From IMG/VR virus record IMGVR_UViG_3300038393_001428, positions 1 to 40,451 of that record: a stretch of 40,451 nt of DNA; one strand, 5' to 3'. Source of the DNA: a virus. Its lineage: Duplodnaviria > Caudoviricetes. Positions 16,614-25,463 of the stretch are shown piece by piece. The notes under the pieces are model-generated. The model was not told where the DNA came from and did no database searches. It worked only from the letters and a program-made list of their open reading frames with translations. The number at the start of each line of letters is the position of its first letter. Within the stretch, counting starts at the first letter, position 1. Both the position numbers and the translations under genes were made by a program.

Positions 16614-16714
16614 GCGAGGTGTTTCTCATGCTCGCCCGCGCTCTCATTGGTTGGGGAATGCTCTGCCAAGCCGCGGCTGAGTGGTGCATCTCCGAAGGCT
16701 ATCGCAACCTATGA
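16610..16714 (+). CDS. 34-aa hydrophobic peptide (not in ORF track)
   Basis: MSEVFLMLARALIGWGMLCQAAAEWCISEGYRNL; GTGA and ATGA coupling at both ends. Confidence 0.45.
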   Translation: MSEVFLMLARALIGWGMLCQAAAEWCISEGYRNL

Positions 16715-17727
16715 GCGAGTTGGAACTACGTGACGCGATCATTCGCCACGCGCTCCAGCTACAGCGATTGGCAGCTGGTCAATCGGCCGATGTGGACAAG
16801 ATCCTCGCACAGCTGGAGGCCGAACTCAGAGCGCTGCTCAACTCCAACGTCTTGAGCGAAGCCGGCAAGCGCGAGATTCAGCAGCTCATCAACCAGGCCG
16901 ATGAACTGATTACCCCGGCCTATGCCGATGTCGCATCAGCGGTCGATACCCACGCTCTTGCCATCGTCGTCGCGGAAAAGACCGTTCAGGCGCTTGAGGA
17001 CGTGCTTCCTGTAACAATCGCTACTCCCACTGCCGAACGCCTCGCCAGCCTCACCAAAGACGTGATGATCGATGGCGCTCCATCATCGGCATGGTGGGAC
17101 AAGCAGGCGGAAGACACGGCGTTCAAGTTCGCCGCGGCGGTCAGACAAGGGGTGATTAATGGCGAGACGAACGAGGCCATCGTTGCCCGCGTTGCCGGAT
17201 CGCGAGACACCACAGGGATACTGGACGTTGCGCGAAGGAATGCCCGTGCTCTGGTTCACTCATCCGTCATGTCTGCAGCCAACGATGCGCGGCTCGCTAC
17301 CTTTCGTAAAAACTCGCGCTTCATAACCGGTGTCCGCTGGCTCTCGACGCTCGACAGCCACACCTGCATTACGTGCGCTGCTCTCGACGGTCAGGCGTGG
17401 GATCTGCAGGGCGACAAGCTAAGCGGAACCGAACTCGACTTCACCGCGCCGCCCAAGCATTGGTCATGTCGCTGTGTACTCTCGCCGATCCCCAAGGGCT
17501 TCAGTGATCTTGGGTTGAACATCGATGTGCCTGAGGGAACGCGGGCGTCATCGCAAGGTCCGGTCCCGGCCACGACAACCTTTGCCGACTTCCTCAAGCG
17601 GCAGTCGCCTGAGTTCGTCGACAAGGTGCTCGGGGCGAGAAGGGCCGAACTGTTTCTCAACGGTAAACTTACACTCACCGATCTGGTGAGCGGAACCGGG
17701 CGACCACTGACGCTCGAAGAATTGTGA
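16711..17727 (+). CDS. Minor head protein (MuF/SPP1 gp7 family)
   Basis: WLSTLDSHTCITCAALDG...PPKHWSCRC motif. Confidence 0.9.
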   Translation: MSELELRDAIIRHALQLQRLAAGQSADVDKILAQLEAELRALLNSNVLSEAGKREIQQLINQADELITPAYADVASAVDTHALAIVVAEKTVQALEDVLPVTIATPTAERLASLTKDVMIDGAPSSAWWDKQAEDTAFKFAAAVRQGVINGETNEAIVARVAGSRDTTGILDVARRNARALVHSSVMSAANDARLATFRKNSRFITGVRWLSTLDSHTCITCAALDGQAWDLQGDKLSGTELDFTAPPKHWSCRCVLSPIPKGFSDLGLNIDVPEGTRASSQGPVPATTTFADFLKRQSPEFVDKVLGARRAELFLNGKLTLTDLVSGTGRPLTLEEL

Positions 17728-17739
17728 GAGGAAATTAGA

Positions 17740-17919
17740 ATGCGGAAACTAACGCTAGTCGCTGAAGAAGCCGACGAACCGATCGCAACAATCGACGGCC
17801 AGCAAATCGATTGGGAAGCCGCCGCAAAAATTCGCCGGCAAGCTTACGAGGCATATTGCAACGCAGGCTTCCTTAGCAAGCACGCCTTGGAATTGTGCAA
17901 AATCATTCGTTTCGGTTGA
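17740..17919 (+). CDS. Small hypothetical protein (59 aa, not in ORF track)
   Basis: GAGG SD; MRKLTLVAEE...AGFLSKHALELCKIIRFG. Confidence 0.55.
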   Translation: MRKLTLVAEEADEPIATIDGQQIDWEAAAKIRRQAYEAYCNAGFLSKHALELCKIIRFG

Positions 17920-17935
17920 GAGGAAGGAATTAATC

Positions 17936-18595
17936 ATGGCTGAGGACAAGACATTTACGAAGGCAGAGGTCGACGCGATGATCGAGGCCGCTGTTGCCAA
18001 GGTCGGCGAGAAGGTTGACGAGCTCTCATCGAAGAACGCTGGCCTGCTCGACGATCTCAAGAAGGCCCAGCGCGAAGTGAGAGCCGCCAAGGACATCAAG
18101 CCGGAAGACCTGGCTGCGGAATCGGAGCGCGCCGACAAGGCCGAAGCTGCTCTGAATGAGGCAACCAAGAACCTCAAGGCAATCACGACCGAGCGCGACA
18201 AGGCGATGAAGGCGCTGGAAACCGAGCAAGGCGCTGCCCGCACCTATGCGCTCGATGCTGAGATCAACTCGGCCATCGCGTCGGGCAATATCGTGCCAGC
18301 TTTGGTTCCCGCTTTCATGGCGATGGTCAAGCAGCAGGCCAAGGCCGATCTGGTTGACGGCAAGTATGCTGTGAGCATCGGCGACAAGCCTGCGACCGAC
18401 TATATCAAGACGTTCCTCGAGAGCGAGGACGGCAAGGCATTCAAGGCCGCTCCAATCAATGGCGGCGGCGGCTCGCAAGGCAGTCAGGGACAGGGCGGTA
18501 GCGGCAAGACCATTCCCCGCTCTCAGTTCGATGGATTGAGCCAACCCGAGCGCGTCACCTTTGCCAAGGAAGGCGGCAAAGTCGTCGACGCTTAA
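17936..18595 (+). CDS. Capsid scaffolding protein
   Basis: Coiled coil with a Gly-rich linker and C-terminal R..FD.L...ER..F.KEGGKVVD. Confidence 0.8.
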   Translation: MAEDKTFTKAEVDAMIEAAVAKVGEKVDELSSKNAGLLDDLKKAQREVRAAKDIKPEDLAAESERADKAEAALNEATKNLKAITTERDKAMKALETEQGAARTYALDAEINSAIASGNIVPALVPAFMAMVKQQAKADLVDGKYAVSIGDKPATDYIKTFLESEDGKAFKAAPINGGGGSQGSQGQGGSGKTIPRSQFDGLSQPERVTFAKEGGKVVDA

Positions 18596-18626
18596 CGAGG
18601 CGGCAGGAATGCGCTATGGCGTGCCC

Positions 18627-19001
18627 ATGCGCTTCCTGCTCGTCTTGCTACTCGCTGTAGCAACCCCATCCTTCGCTGCTGAGCAGTTCGACCTGCAATG
18701 CTCTGGTTCCATCTATGATGGAGGGCCTATCAGCCGCCATTACCGCGTCGATTTAACGGCGAACAAATGGTGCGCCAACGGCGACAACGGCGTCTGTGCG
18801 ACCAGACCTATTGCCGAAACCGACCCGGACCTGATCTGGTTCGAAAAGGAGCCGCGCAAGTTTCCCAGCGATGTGGGGATCATCCACTATGTCAGTCGAC
18901 TCAATGGCAAATGGTACTGGCATCTGGGACCGATGGAGGTTGAAGGAACCTGCGAGAAAGCTCCCTTTTCCGGTTTCCCCAAGCTAGACACCAAGTTCTA
19001 G
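18627..19001 (+). CDS. Secreted/periplasmic protein inserted in the head module (moron-like)
   Basis: Signal peptide MRFLLVLLLAVATPSFA; four Cys. Confidence 0.7.
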   Translation: MRFLLVLLLAVATPSFAAEQFDLQCSGSIYDGGPISRHYRVDLTANKWCANGDNGVCATRPIAETDPDLIWFEKEPRKFPSDVGIIHYVSRLNGKWYWHLGPMEVEGTCEKAPFSGFPKLDTKF

Positions 19002-19005
19002 CGCT

Positions 19006-19041
19006 CAAACCTATCTAGCGCTCCCCATACCCACATAATCT
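19006..19041 (+). promoter_or_regulatory. Late promoter motif copy 3 (major capsid)
   Basis: CAAACCTA-tctag-CGCTCCC-N10-TAATCT. Confidence 0.8.
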
Positions 19042-19122
19042 TTCGCTTGGCCGGTGGACCCGGCCCCGCGACCGCCAGTGGACCTGGCTGCGGATGCACA
19101 TTCTGCAACCGGAGTCATACCA

Positions 19123-20271
19123 ATGGCGAACGTCTTCACCAATCTTGCCGCAGACATCTACAAGGCCGCTGACATTGTCGGCCGCGAGGTCGTCGGCTTT
19201 GTTTCATCGGGCACCATCAACGGTGGCACCGAGCGCGCCGCGAAGGGCGATACCGTCCGATCCGCATTCACTCGCCCGCAGACGGTCAACACGACCTATG
19301 CGCCGAGCATGACCATTCCCGAGGGCACCGATCAGACGGTCGATAACAAGACCGTGGTCCTCAACAGCTACGTCTCGGTGCAGATCCCGTACACCGGAGA
19401 GGACATCAAGCACCTCAACAACGGCATCGGCTACGAGACCGTTTACGGCGACCAGATCGCCCAGGCATATCGTACCTGCGTCAACAAGATCGAGCTCGAC
19501 GGCTGGAACGAAGCCCGCAAGAACGCAACCCGCGCTTATGGTACGGCGGGAACGACCCCGTTCGCGTCGAACTTCAACGATCTGGCCCAGGTCCAGAAGA
19601 TCCTTGTCGACAACGGTATGCCGTTCGACGGCCAGCTTTCGGCAATCTACGACACGACCAGCATGGCCAACCTGCAGTCGCTCTCGCAGCTGCAGAAAAT
19701 GAACGAGGCCGGCACTGGCGAACTGCTTCGGCAGGGCTCCGTCGCTGAGCTGATGGGCTTCATCCTGAAGCGCTCGGCGCAGATCGGCGTCACGACCAAG
19801 GGTACTGGCGCCTCCTACACGACCGATACCGCTGGTTATGCGGTTGGAGCGACGGCAATCACGCTCATCACCGGCTCGGGCACGATCCTTGCTGGCGATG
19901 TCGTGACGTTCGCTGGCGACACCAACAAGTACGTGGTGGCAGTCGGCAATACGGCGCCTGGCGTAATCACGCTGGCCTCTCCCGGCCTTCGCGTGGCGAT
20001 CCCGACTTCGGCCACGGCAATGACGATCGGCGGCAACTTCACGGCAAACGTTGCCCTGCACCGCAATGCAATCGAGCTTGCGATGCGTCCGCCTGCTCAG
20101 CCTGAAGGCGGCGATGCAGCGGTCGACAACATGGTTGTGCAGGATCCGCATTCGGGCCTCACCTTCGAACTGGCGGCCTACAAGGGCTACCAGAAGATGA
20201 TGATTGAGGTCCGCGCCCTCTACCAGTGGAAGGCGTGGAAGCCCGACGCGATCGTCTTGCACCTCGGCTAG
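19123..20271 (+). CDS. Major capsid protein (P22 coat-like, HK97 fold)
   Basis: Size, position after scaffold, inserted beta-rich domain, C-terminal GYQKMMIEVRALYQWKAWKPD. Confidence 0.88.
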   Translation: MANVFTNLAADIYKAADIVGREVVGFVSSGTINGGTERAAKGDTVRSAFTRPQTVNTTYAPSMTIPEGTDQTVDNKTVVLNSYVSVQIPYTGEDIKHLNNGIGYETVYGDQIAQAYRTCVNKIELDGWNEARKNATRAYGTAGTTPFASNFNDLAQVQKILVDNGMPFDGQLSAIYDTTSMANLQSLSQLQKMNEAGTGELLRQGSVAELMGFILKRSAQIGVTTKGTGASYTTDTAGYAVGATAITLITGSGTILAGDVVTFAGDTNKYVVAVGNTAPGVITLASPGLRVAIPTSATAMTIGGNFTANVALHRNAIELAMRPPAQPEGGDAAVDNMVVQDPHSGLTFELAAYKGYQKMMIEVRALYQWKAWKPDAIVLHLG

Positions 20272-20277
20272 TCGACT

Positions 20278-20316
20278 TGGAGCCGGGGCGGCCCCTTGGT
20301 CCCGGCTCCATCCTTT
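20278..20316 (+). terminator. Stem-loop after the capsid gene (weak terminator or stabiliser)
   Basis: TGGAGCCGGG/CCCGGCTCCA 10-bp stem followed by TCCTTT. Confidence 0.5.
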
Positions 20317-20330
20317 GAGGAGAGCCAGAC

Positions 20331-20477
20331 ATGGCAGCGAAGAAGAAGCCCGAACCAAAGGCTGCGGTTGAAGAAGCCGAGCCCAAGCAGGTTCACATGC
20401 GCCGCGGCGATGCCAACGCCTACGTGTCGCCTGAGGAAGTGGACACTTTCATCGAGGCCGGATGGGAGAAGGCATGA
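20331..20477 (+). CDS. Small head-associated protein (48 aa, not in ORF track)
   Basis: GAGGAG SD; MAAKKKPEP...VSPEEVDTFIEAGWEKA. Confidence 0.7.
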   Translation: MAAKKKPEPKAAVEEAEPKQVHMRRGDANAYVSPEEVDTFIEAGWEKA

Positions 20478-20668
20478 ACAAGGTCCACACCATCAAGGGC
20501 CTCATCGACCGTGATCTGCTCACTGTGAACGACATCGTGAGCGAGGACGACAATTCGCGCGCAGTTGCGACCGAATGGTTTCTCGATGGTGAATTGGTGC
20601 GGCGCGATGTCGCGGTTTCGATCCTTCGCGGCCAAGCTCTGGCTGGCGAGCAAGCGGAGATGGCATAG
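20474..20668 (+). CDS. Hypothetical virion-associated protein
   Basis: ATGA-coupled; EWFLDGELVRRDV motif. Confidence 0.6.
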   Translation: MNKVHTIKGLIDRDLLTVNDIVSEDDNSRAVATEWFLDGELVRRDVAVSILRGQALAGEQAEMA

Positions 20669-21147
20669 TGGCGAACACTCAGGCAATTTGCGACAGCTTC
20701 AGGGTCGACCTGCTCAACGGCACTCACGCCTTCGGAGCGCAGGGCGCTAACGGTACCCGCACCGTCACCACCAAAGACGTGTTCAAGGCCGCGCTGTATC
20801 TCGCTACAGCGACGATCAACCGCTCAACGACCGCTTACTCGGCGACAGGAGAACTCGCAGCCACCGGCAACTATACTGCTGGCGGCGTCACCGTCACGAA
20901 CGCCACCGCTCCAGCAAACACTGGCGGAACAGGCATTGTCGCCTTCTGGACGCCATCTGCTTCTCTATCGTGGGCCAACCTCACCAGTTCGGGCGCGTTC
21001 GATGCTATGCTGCTCTACAACTCGAGCAACACGGCCAATGCGGCAGTCGCGGTGTTCACGTTCGGCTCGCAGAGCGTCACGGCTGGCACATTCACCCTGA
21101 CGATGCCGACCAACGATCTTACCAACGGGTTGATCCGCCTCTCGTAA
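20668..21147 (+). CDS. Putative head decoration/fibre-base protein
   Basis: Thr/Ala/Gly-rich beta protein (FKAALY...GNYTAGG...VAVFTFG...GTFTLT) between capsid and adaptor. Confidence 0.55.
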   Translation: MANTQAICDSFRVDLLNGTHAFGAQGANGTRTVTTKDVFKAALYLATATINRSTTAYSATGELAATGNYTAGGVTVTNATAPANTGGTGIVAFWTPSASLSWANLTSSGAFDAMLLYNSSNTANAAVAVFTFGSQSVTAGTFTLTMPTNDLTNGLIRLS

Positions 21148-21172
21148 GACCCCTTATCAGGAGGTCTGACGC

Positions 21173-23749
21173 ATGTTCTTCGTCGGCTCGAAATCAGGCG
21201 GTTACTCCTCCACCAGCACGCAATCTATCTCACTGACGAACCTGCTTGGCATCGGTGGCACATCGCTCACCGTCAAGCAGGGCGACCTCGTTCTGGTCAG
21301 CGTCTCGCATTCGATGGCGACCACGGCCAGCAGGACGCTGGCGCAGCTCACGCCGGTTGATCCGTCTGCAGCCAACTATAGCAGCCCACTCGGTTCGTCG
21401 GTCCAGTCCAGCGATAGCAATGCTGTCTCGCTCGGCCTGTTCTACAAGTTCATGGGGTCCACCCCGGACGCAACGGTAACGCTGCCGGCCTGCGCTGCTT
21501 CGACCAACAGCATTGCCTACACAATTGCGATTTGGCGCGGAGTCGATCAGACGACGCCGTTCGCGGGGGTAACGGTCACAACGGCGAGCGGGGCCAACAC
21601 CGGCCTTGCCGATCCGCCATCGGTCACGACCCCGACAACGCCCAAGGATTGCGTGGTAGGCGGAGCGTTTGGTGCTGCTGTCGCTTCGGCGAGTGTGTTC
21701 ACGAACAGCGGGGCCACGCCTTACGACACGGCGACCAATCTCTTTTCCTCTGGCGTTCAGAACACCGCCACCAACCGCGCCGTCAGCGGCATGGGCTTCA
21801 AGCGCGGCATGGCCGTCAGCACGGCGTTCAATGCGGCAATCACCGGCTCGACAACGACCAATACGGGATCCTGGGCAGCGGTCGCTTTCGTCCTTAAGCC
21901 AGACACAAGTCTTTCTGCCGGTTCAACCCTTACCGACGACTTCAGCTCCGATAGTCTGACAGCCGGAACGCCTGACGGGTTCAACCAGAACGCTGCTTGT
22001 ACCGCCACTGTGACGGGTGGCGAACTCGTCATTCAACCAGACAATGCGACGGTCGGATATAATGGGCGATACAGCAGCGCATATTACTCATTGCGTGGGC
22101 AGTCGATCTACGCCGCGCTAACTCAAGCACCTAGTGGAGTTTCGAATCCCGGCTTCTCGGACACATTCTTTGGCTTCGCTTCGGACGATCGGGGAAACAT
22201 AGGAATAGGAGTCTACGTCAACGGGGCGGGAGCTCTCACTCTGCGTCGTGGGCCAAACGGTGCCGATATTGGTTCGGGCACGTCATATAATTCGACCAAT
22301 CACTTCTTTTTCCGCCTCACGCATAACGACAGCAACGACCATCTGTTGCTTGACGGCGCTCCGAACAGCAGCGGGTCTCCAGGAACGTGGACGAACATCT
22401 ATGACGTTTCGCGCCCGGTGGACGTGGACGTTGACTGCGGTCAAATCGCCTTCATTGGCGGCAACTTTGGCGGCGGTTCGACCCCAGGCGCGATCAAGTG
22501 GGACGGCCTTAACACGTCTCTAAGCGCAGGGACTTCCGTAGCGCTCACCGGGCAATCCGTATCTGGTGCGATCGGATCACTGCTGGCGGCGACGGCTCTG
22601 GCCTTGTCGGGCGGTGCCCTCACAAGCTCTCAGGGCACGGTACAGCAGGGCGCGCCGCTAACCGGTCAATCGGTTGCTGCAGCCAAAGGGACGGCCTCTG
22701 GCGCTATCTCCGTCGCGCTCACGGGCCAATCGCTTTCGGTTGCACAGGGCAATGTCGCGCTCGCAGGTCCGACCCTCACCGGTCAATCTGGAACGGTCGC
22801 CCAAGGGACCGCAGTTCCCGTCACGTCGATTGGTCTTACCGGACAAGCGCTTTCTGTCGCTCGCGGGACGGTCGCGCCAACATCAGCACCGGCCCTCAGT
22901 GGTCAGGCTCTCGCCAGTGCGCAAGGCTCGGTGCTGCAGGGCGCTCCAATCACCGGGCAAAGCACGGCTGTAGCCCAAGGCTCGGCTGCGCCAACTGTAT
23001 CAATTGGCCTCACCGGCCAATCGGTTTCAGGTTCAAGCGGCTCAGTCTCGCCATCTTTCGCCCCAGCACTTTCAGGCCAAAGCCTTACTTCGGCAGCGGG
23101 TTCTCTGGTTGCTGCCCGGAGCTTCGGTTTAAGCGGGCAATCTCTGGCCGGGTCGCAGGGGTCGGTCCTCGCTTCCTACGCCCTCGCTCTACTCGGGGGA
23201 TCTCTCACTGCCTCGCAAGGGATCGTCACGGTCGCGGGGTCGTCCAACGTCACAGCGGCATTAACCGGCCAAGCATTAAGCATTGCTCAAGGGCTGCTCA
23301 CGTCCTCGATCAGCGTTGGCGTTACCGGACAGCAGGCGACTGCAGCCAGAGGAGCGGTCATTGCAGCGCCCAGTATCGGTCTAAGCGGGTCCGCCGCGCA
23401 ACTGACACAGGGGAGTGTCAGCGCGGGTCGGTCGGTTGCTCTGGCCGGTCAATCCCTCACCAGCGGGCAGGGAAGGGCGACATTCAGCCCGACTCTGACT
23501 GGCCAAGTCGCTGTCGTCAGTCTCGGTACGCTGATCCCGAGCATATCGCCTGCGTTAGTGGGGCAGGCGCTCACTCTTGCTCAGAACGATCTGACGACGC
23601 GCCCTGCCGTCACCTACCCGTTGGCGGGCGTCTCGCAGCCCTATCCCGGCGTACCGCAAACCTATGACGCGCTCCCCGCTCAGCCGTACCCAATAGATAC
23701 CGCTCAAACCTATCCGCTGGAGGGCAAGAGCCAGAATTATCCGCTGTGA
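21173..23749 (+). CDS. 858-aa putative head fibre with ~18 L(T/S)GQ repeats
   Basis: Two N-terminal beta-rich domains, ~20-aa repeats and a YP-repeat C-terminus; AGGAGG SD. Confidence 0.6.
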   Translation: MFFVGSKSGGYSSTSTQSISLTNLLGIGGTSLTVKQGDLVLVSVSHSMATTASRTLAQLTPVDPSAANYSSPLGSSVQSSDSNAVSLGLFYKFMGSTPDATVTLPACAASTNSIAYTIAIWRGVDQTTPFAGVTVTTASGANTGLADPPSVTTPTTPKDCVVGGAFGAAVASASVFTNSGATPYDTATNLFSSGVQNTATNRAVSGMGFKRGMAVSTAFNAAITGSTTTNTGSWAAVAFVLKPDTSLSAGSTLTDDFSSDSLTAGTPDGFNQNAACTATVTGGELVIQPDNATVGYNGRYSSAYYSLRGQSIYAALTQAPSGVSNPGFSDTFFGFASDDRGNIGIGVYVNGAGALTLRRGPNGADIGSGTSYNSTNHFFFRLTHNDSNDHLLLDGAPNSSGSPGTWTNIYDVSRPVDVDVDCGQIAFIGGNFGGGSTPGAIKWDGLNTSLSAGTSVALTGQSVSGAIGSLLAATALALSGGALTSSQGTVQQGAPLTGQSVAAAKGTASGAISVALTGQSLSVAQGNVALAGPTLTGQSGTVAQGTAVPVTSIGLTGQALSVARGTVAPTSAPALSGQALASAQGSVLQGAPITGQSTAVAQGSAAPTVSIGLTGQSVSGSSGSVSPSFAPALSGQSLTSAAGSLVAARSFGLSGQSLAGSQGSVLASYALALLGGSLTASQGIVTVAGSSNVTAALTGQALSIAQGLLTSSISVGVTGQQATAARGAVIAAPSIGLSGSAAQLTQGSVSAGRSVALAGQSLTSGQGRATFSPTLTGQVAVVSLGTLIPSISPALVGQALTLAQNDLTTRPAVTYPLAGVSQPYPGVPQTYDALPAQPYPIDTAQTYPLEGKSQNYPL

Positions 23750-23761
23750 GGACCGGCTGAA

Positions 23762-24259
23762 TTGGCTTTGATTACCGAGGATGGAACGGGGCTCGCGAAT
23801 GCGGAGAGCTATATCTCCGTCGCGGACGCCGACACGCGCCTCGGTAATATGGGCATGACGACTTGGGCGACACTGGTCCAGGCCGAGAAAGAACAGGCAC
23901 TCAGGCGCGCCACGGCGTACATCGAACAAGCCCTCAGAGAACGCTGGACCGGATACCGCCTACACAAGTCGCAGGCCCTGTCATGGCCGCGCTGGTACGT
24001 TGTGGTGGACGGCTATCCGATCGATCCCAATGTCGTTCCCGCCGATGTCGCCAATGCCACCGCCGACCTCGCGCTCAAATCCGCTGCCGGTGATCTGAAT
24101 GAGGACCTGTCCCCTCGCGTCATCCGGAAGAAGGTCGGCCTGATCGAGACAGAATATGACCGCTATTCGCCGCAGTCGAAGCGATACAGGGCGCTCGAAA
24201 TGGCTCTATCCCCATACCTCAAGGGATCGTCCTCAAATGCGATGTTGGTGAGAGCGTGA
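23762..24259 (+). CDS. Head-tail adaptor (DnaT-like ssDNA-binding family)
   Basis: MALITEDGTGLANAESY...KEQALRRAT.YI...QALSWPR...KKVG.IETEY. Confidence 0.85.
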   Translation: MALITEDGTGLANAESYISVADADTRLGNMGMTTWATLVQAEKEQALRRATAYIEQALRERWTGYRLHKSQALSWPRWYVVVDGYPIDPNVVPADVANATADLALKSAAGDLNEDLSPRVIRKKVGLIETEYDRYSPQSKRYRALEMALSPYLKGSSSNAMLVRA

Positions 24260-24621
24260 GTTATGCTGACGACCAGACCAGCGCCAAGCAGCTCCTGGCC
24301 GAGGCAGGGCAGGCCGTGACGCTGACTCCGCCCACCACCGGGACATATGACCCGAACACGGCGACGGTGACTGGAGCTGCGCCTACTCCCGTCACGACAA
24401 ACGGCGTTGTGCTCCCACTTTCGCGCGGGCTCAAGCATATGCCGGGGACGGACATCACCGCGTCCGATCAGCAGCTCTTGCTTCCCGGCGATATTGCCGA
24501 GCCGGTGCTCGACACCAAAGCAACCATCGGCGGCGTCGACTACACGATCAAGGAAGTTGCTCCGCTCAATCCTGGTGGGACAGCACTTCTCTATGACTGC
24601 GTCATTCGGGGGGCTCCATAA
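24256..24621 (+). CDS. Head closure/head-tail joining protein
   Basis: GQAVTL...G.YDP.T...LNPGG..LLY motif and synteny. Confidence 0.75.
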   Translation: MSYADDQTSAKQLLAEAGQAVTLTPPTTGTYDPNTATVTGAAPTPVTTNGVVLPLSRGLKHMPGTDITASDQQLLLPGDIAEPVLDTKATIGGVDYTIKEVAPLNPGGTALLYDCVIRGAP

Positions 24622-25055
24622 TGGGCAGCTTCTCGGTCCAGCTTCAGCAGTTCGCCGACAAGACGAGCAAGCGCGCCGATGACATCGTTGGCCGCGTTAT
24701 CGTCGGCATTGCCCAGCGCCTTGATGAGCGCTCTCCTGTGGGAGATGCAACCTATTGGCAGAGCAAGCCGCCCAAAGGCTACACAGGCGGACGCTTCAGG
24801 GGCAACTGGCAGCTCGGCATCGGGATTATCCCCGCAGGCGAGACTGGCCGCATCGATCCTTCTGGTTCGGCAACGCTCGGAACGATCATCGCGTCGATAC
24901 CGGATCAGCCAGCAGGAACGATAGCCTATCTATCGAACAACGTTCCATACGCCCAACGGATAGAGGACGGCTGGTCGCGTCAGGCTCCCCAGGGCTTGGT
25001 CGGAATTACCGCGATGGAGTTTCAGCAGGTCGTTGACCAGGCGGCAGCGGCATGA
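24621..25055 (+). CDS. Neck/tail completion protein (HK97 gp10-like)
   Basis: SPV...GRFRGNWQ...NNVPYA.RIE.G.S.QAPQG.V. Confidence 0.85.
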   Translation: MGSFSVQLQQFADKTSKRADDIVGRVIVGIAQRLDERSPVGDATYWQSKPPKGYTGGRFRGNWQLGIGIIPAGETGRIDPSGSATLGTIIASIPDQPAGTIAYLSNNVPYAQRIEDGWSRQAPQGLVGITAMEFQQVVDQAAAA

Positions 25056-25459
25056 CCGCGCTTCCCGCAGTCCGCGCCGCGCTCGAAACGCAGCTGGCGA
25101 CCATCTCTCCCCCGATCGACACGGCTTATGAGAACACGCCCTACGTTCCCGTAACCGGCACACCCTATCAGCAGGTGACGCTTCTCCCGGCCACCCCGGC
25201 GAACATCGAGATAGGCCCTGCCTACACCGAGCAAGGGCTGTTTCAGGTCAATTTGTTTTATCCCAAGGATACCGGGGCAGGTGCTGCGCAGGCCCGAGCC
25301 GAACTGATCCGCGCCAAATTCCCGTTTGCCGCCTCGCTCATCAACGGCGGGGTCACGGTGAACGTCATCAATACGACTGAGATCGGCCCCGCACGACCCG
25401 AGGACGATCGCTTCATGGTGCCTGTGAGGGTCCGTTGGTCGGCTCGAATCGGAGGATAG
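25052..25459 (+). CDS. Tail terminator (DUF4128-like)
   Basis: AYEN..Y.P..G...GLFQV...P...G synteny before the tail tube. Confidence 0.75.
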   Translation: MTALPAVRAALETQLATISPPIDTAYENTPYVPVTGTPYQQVTLLPATPANIEIGPAYTEQGLFQVNLFYPKDTGAGAAQARAELIRAKFPFAASLINGGVTVNVINTTEIGPARPEDDRFMVPVRVRWSARIGG

Positions 25460-25463
25460 GACA

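Noticed and set aside
16711-17727. MuF polymorphic toxin
   Set aside because: The protein ends shortly after the MuF domain with no C-terminal toxin extension.
22544-23590. CRISPR array or DNA tandem repeat
   Set aside because: The repeats are at the protein level with degenerate codons; there are no identical DNA repeats with spacers.
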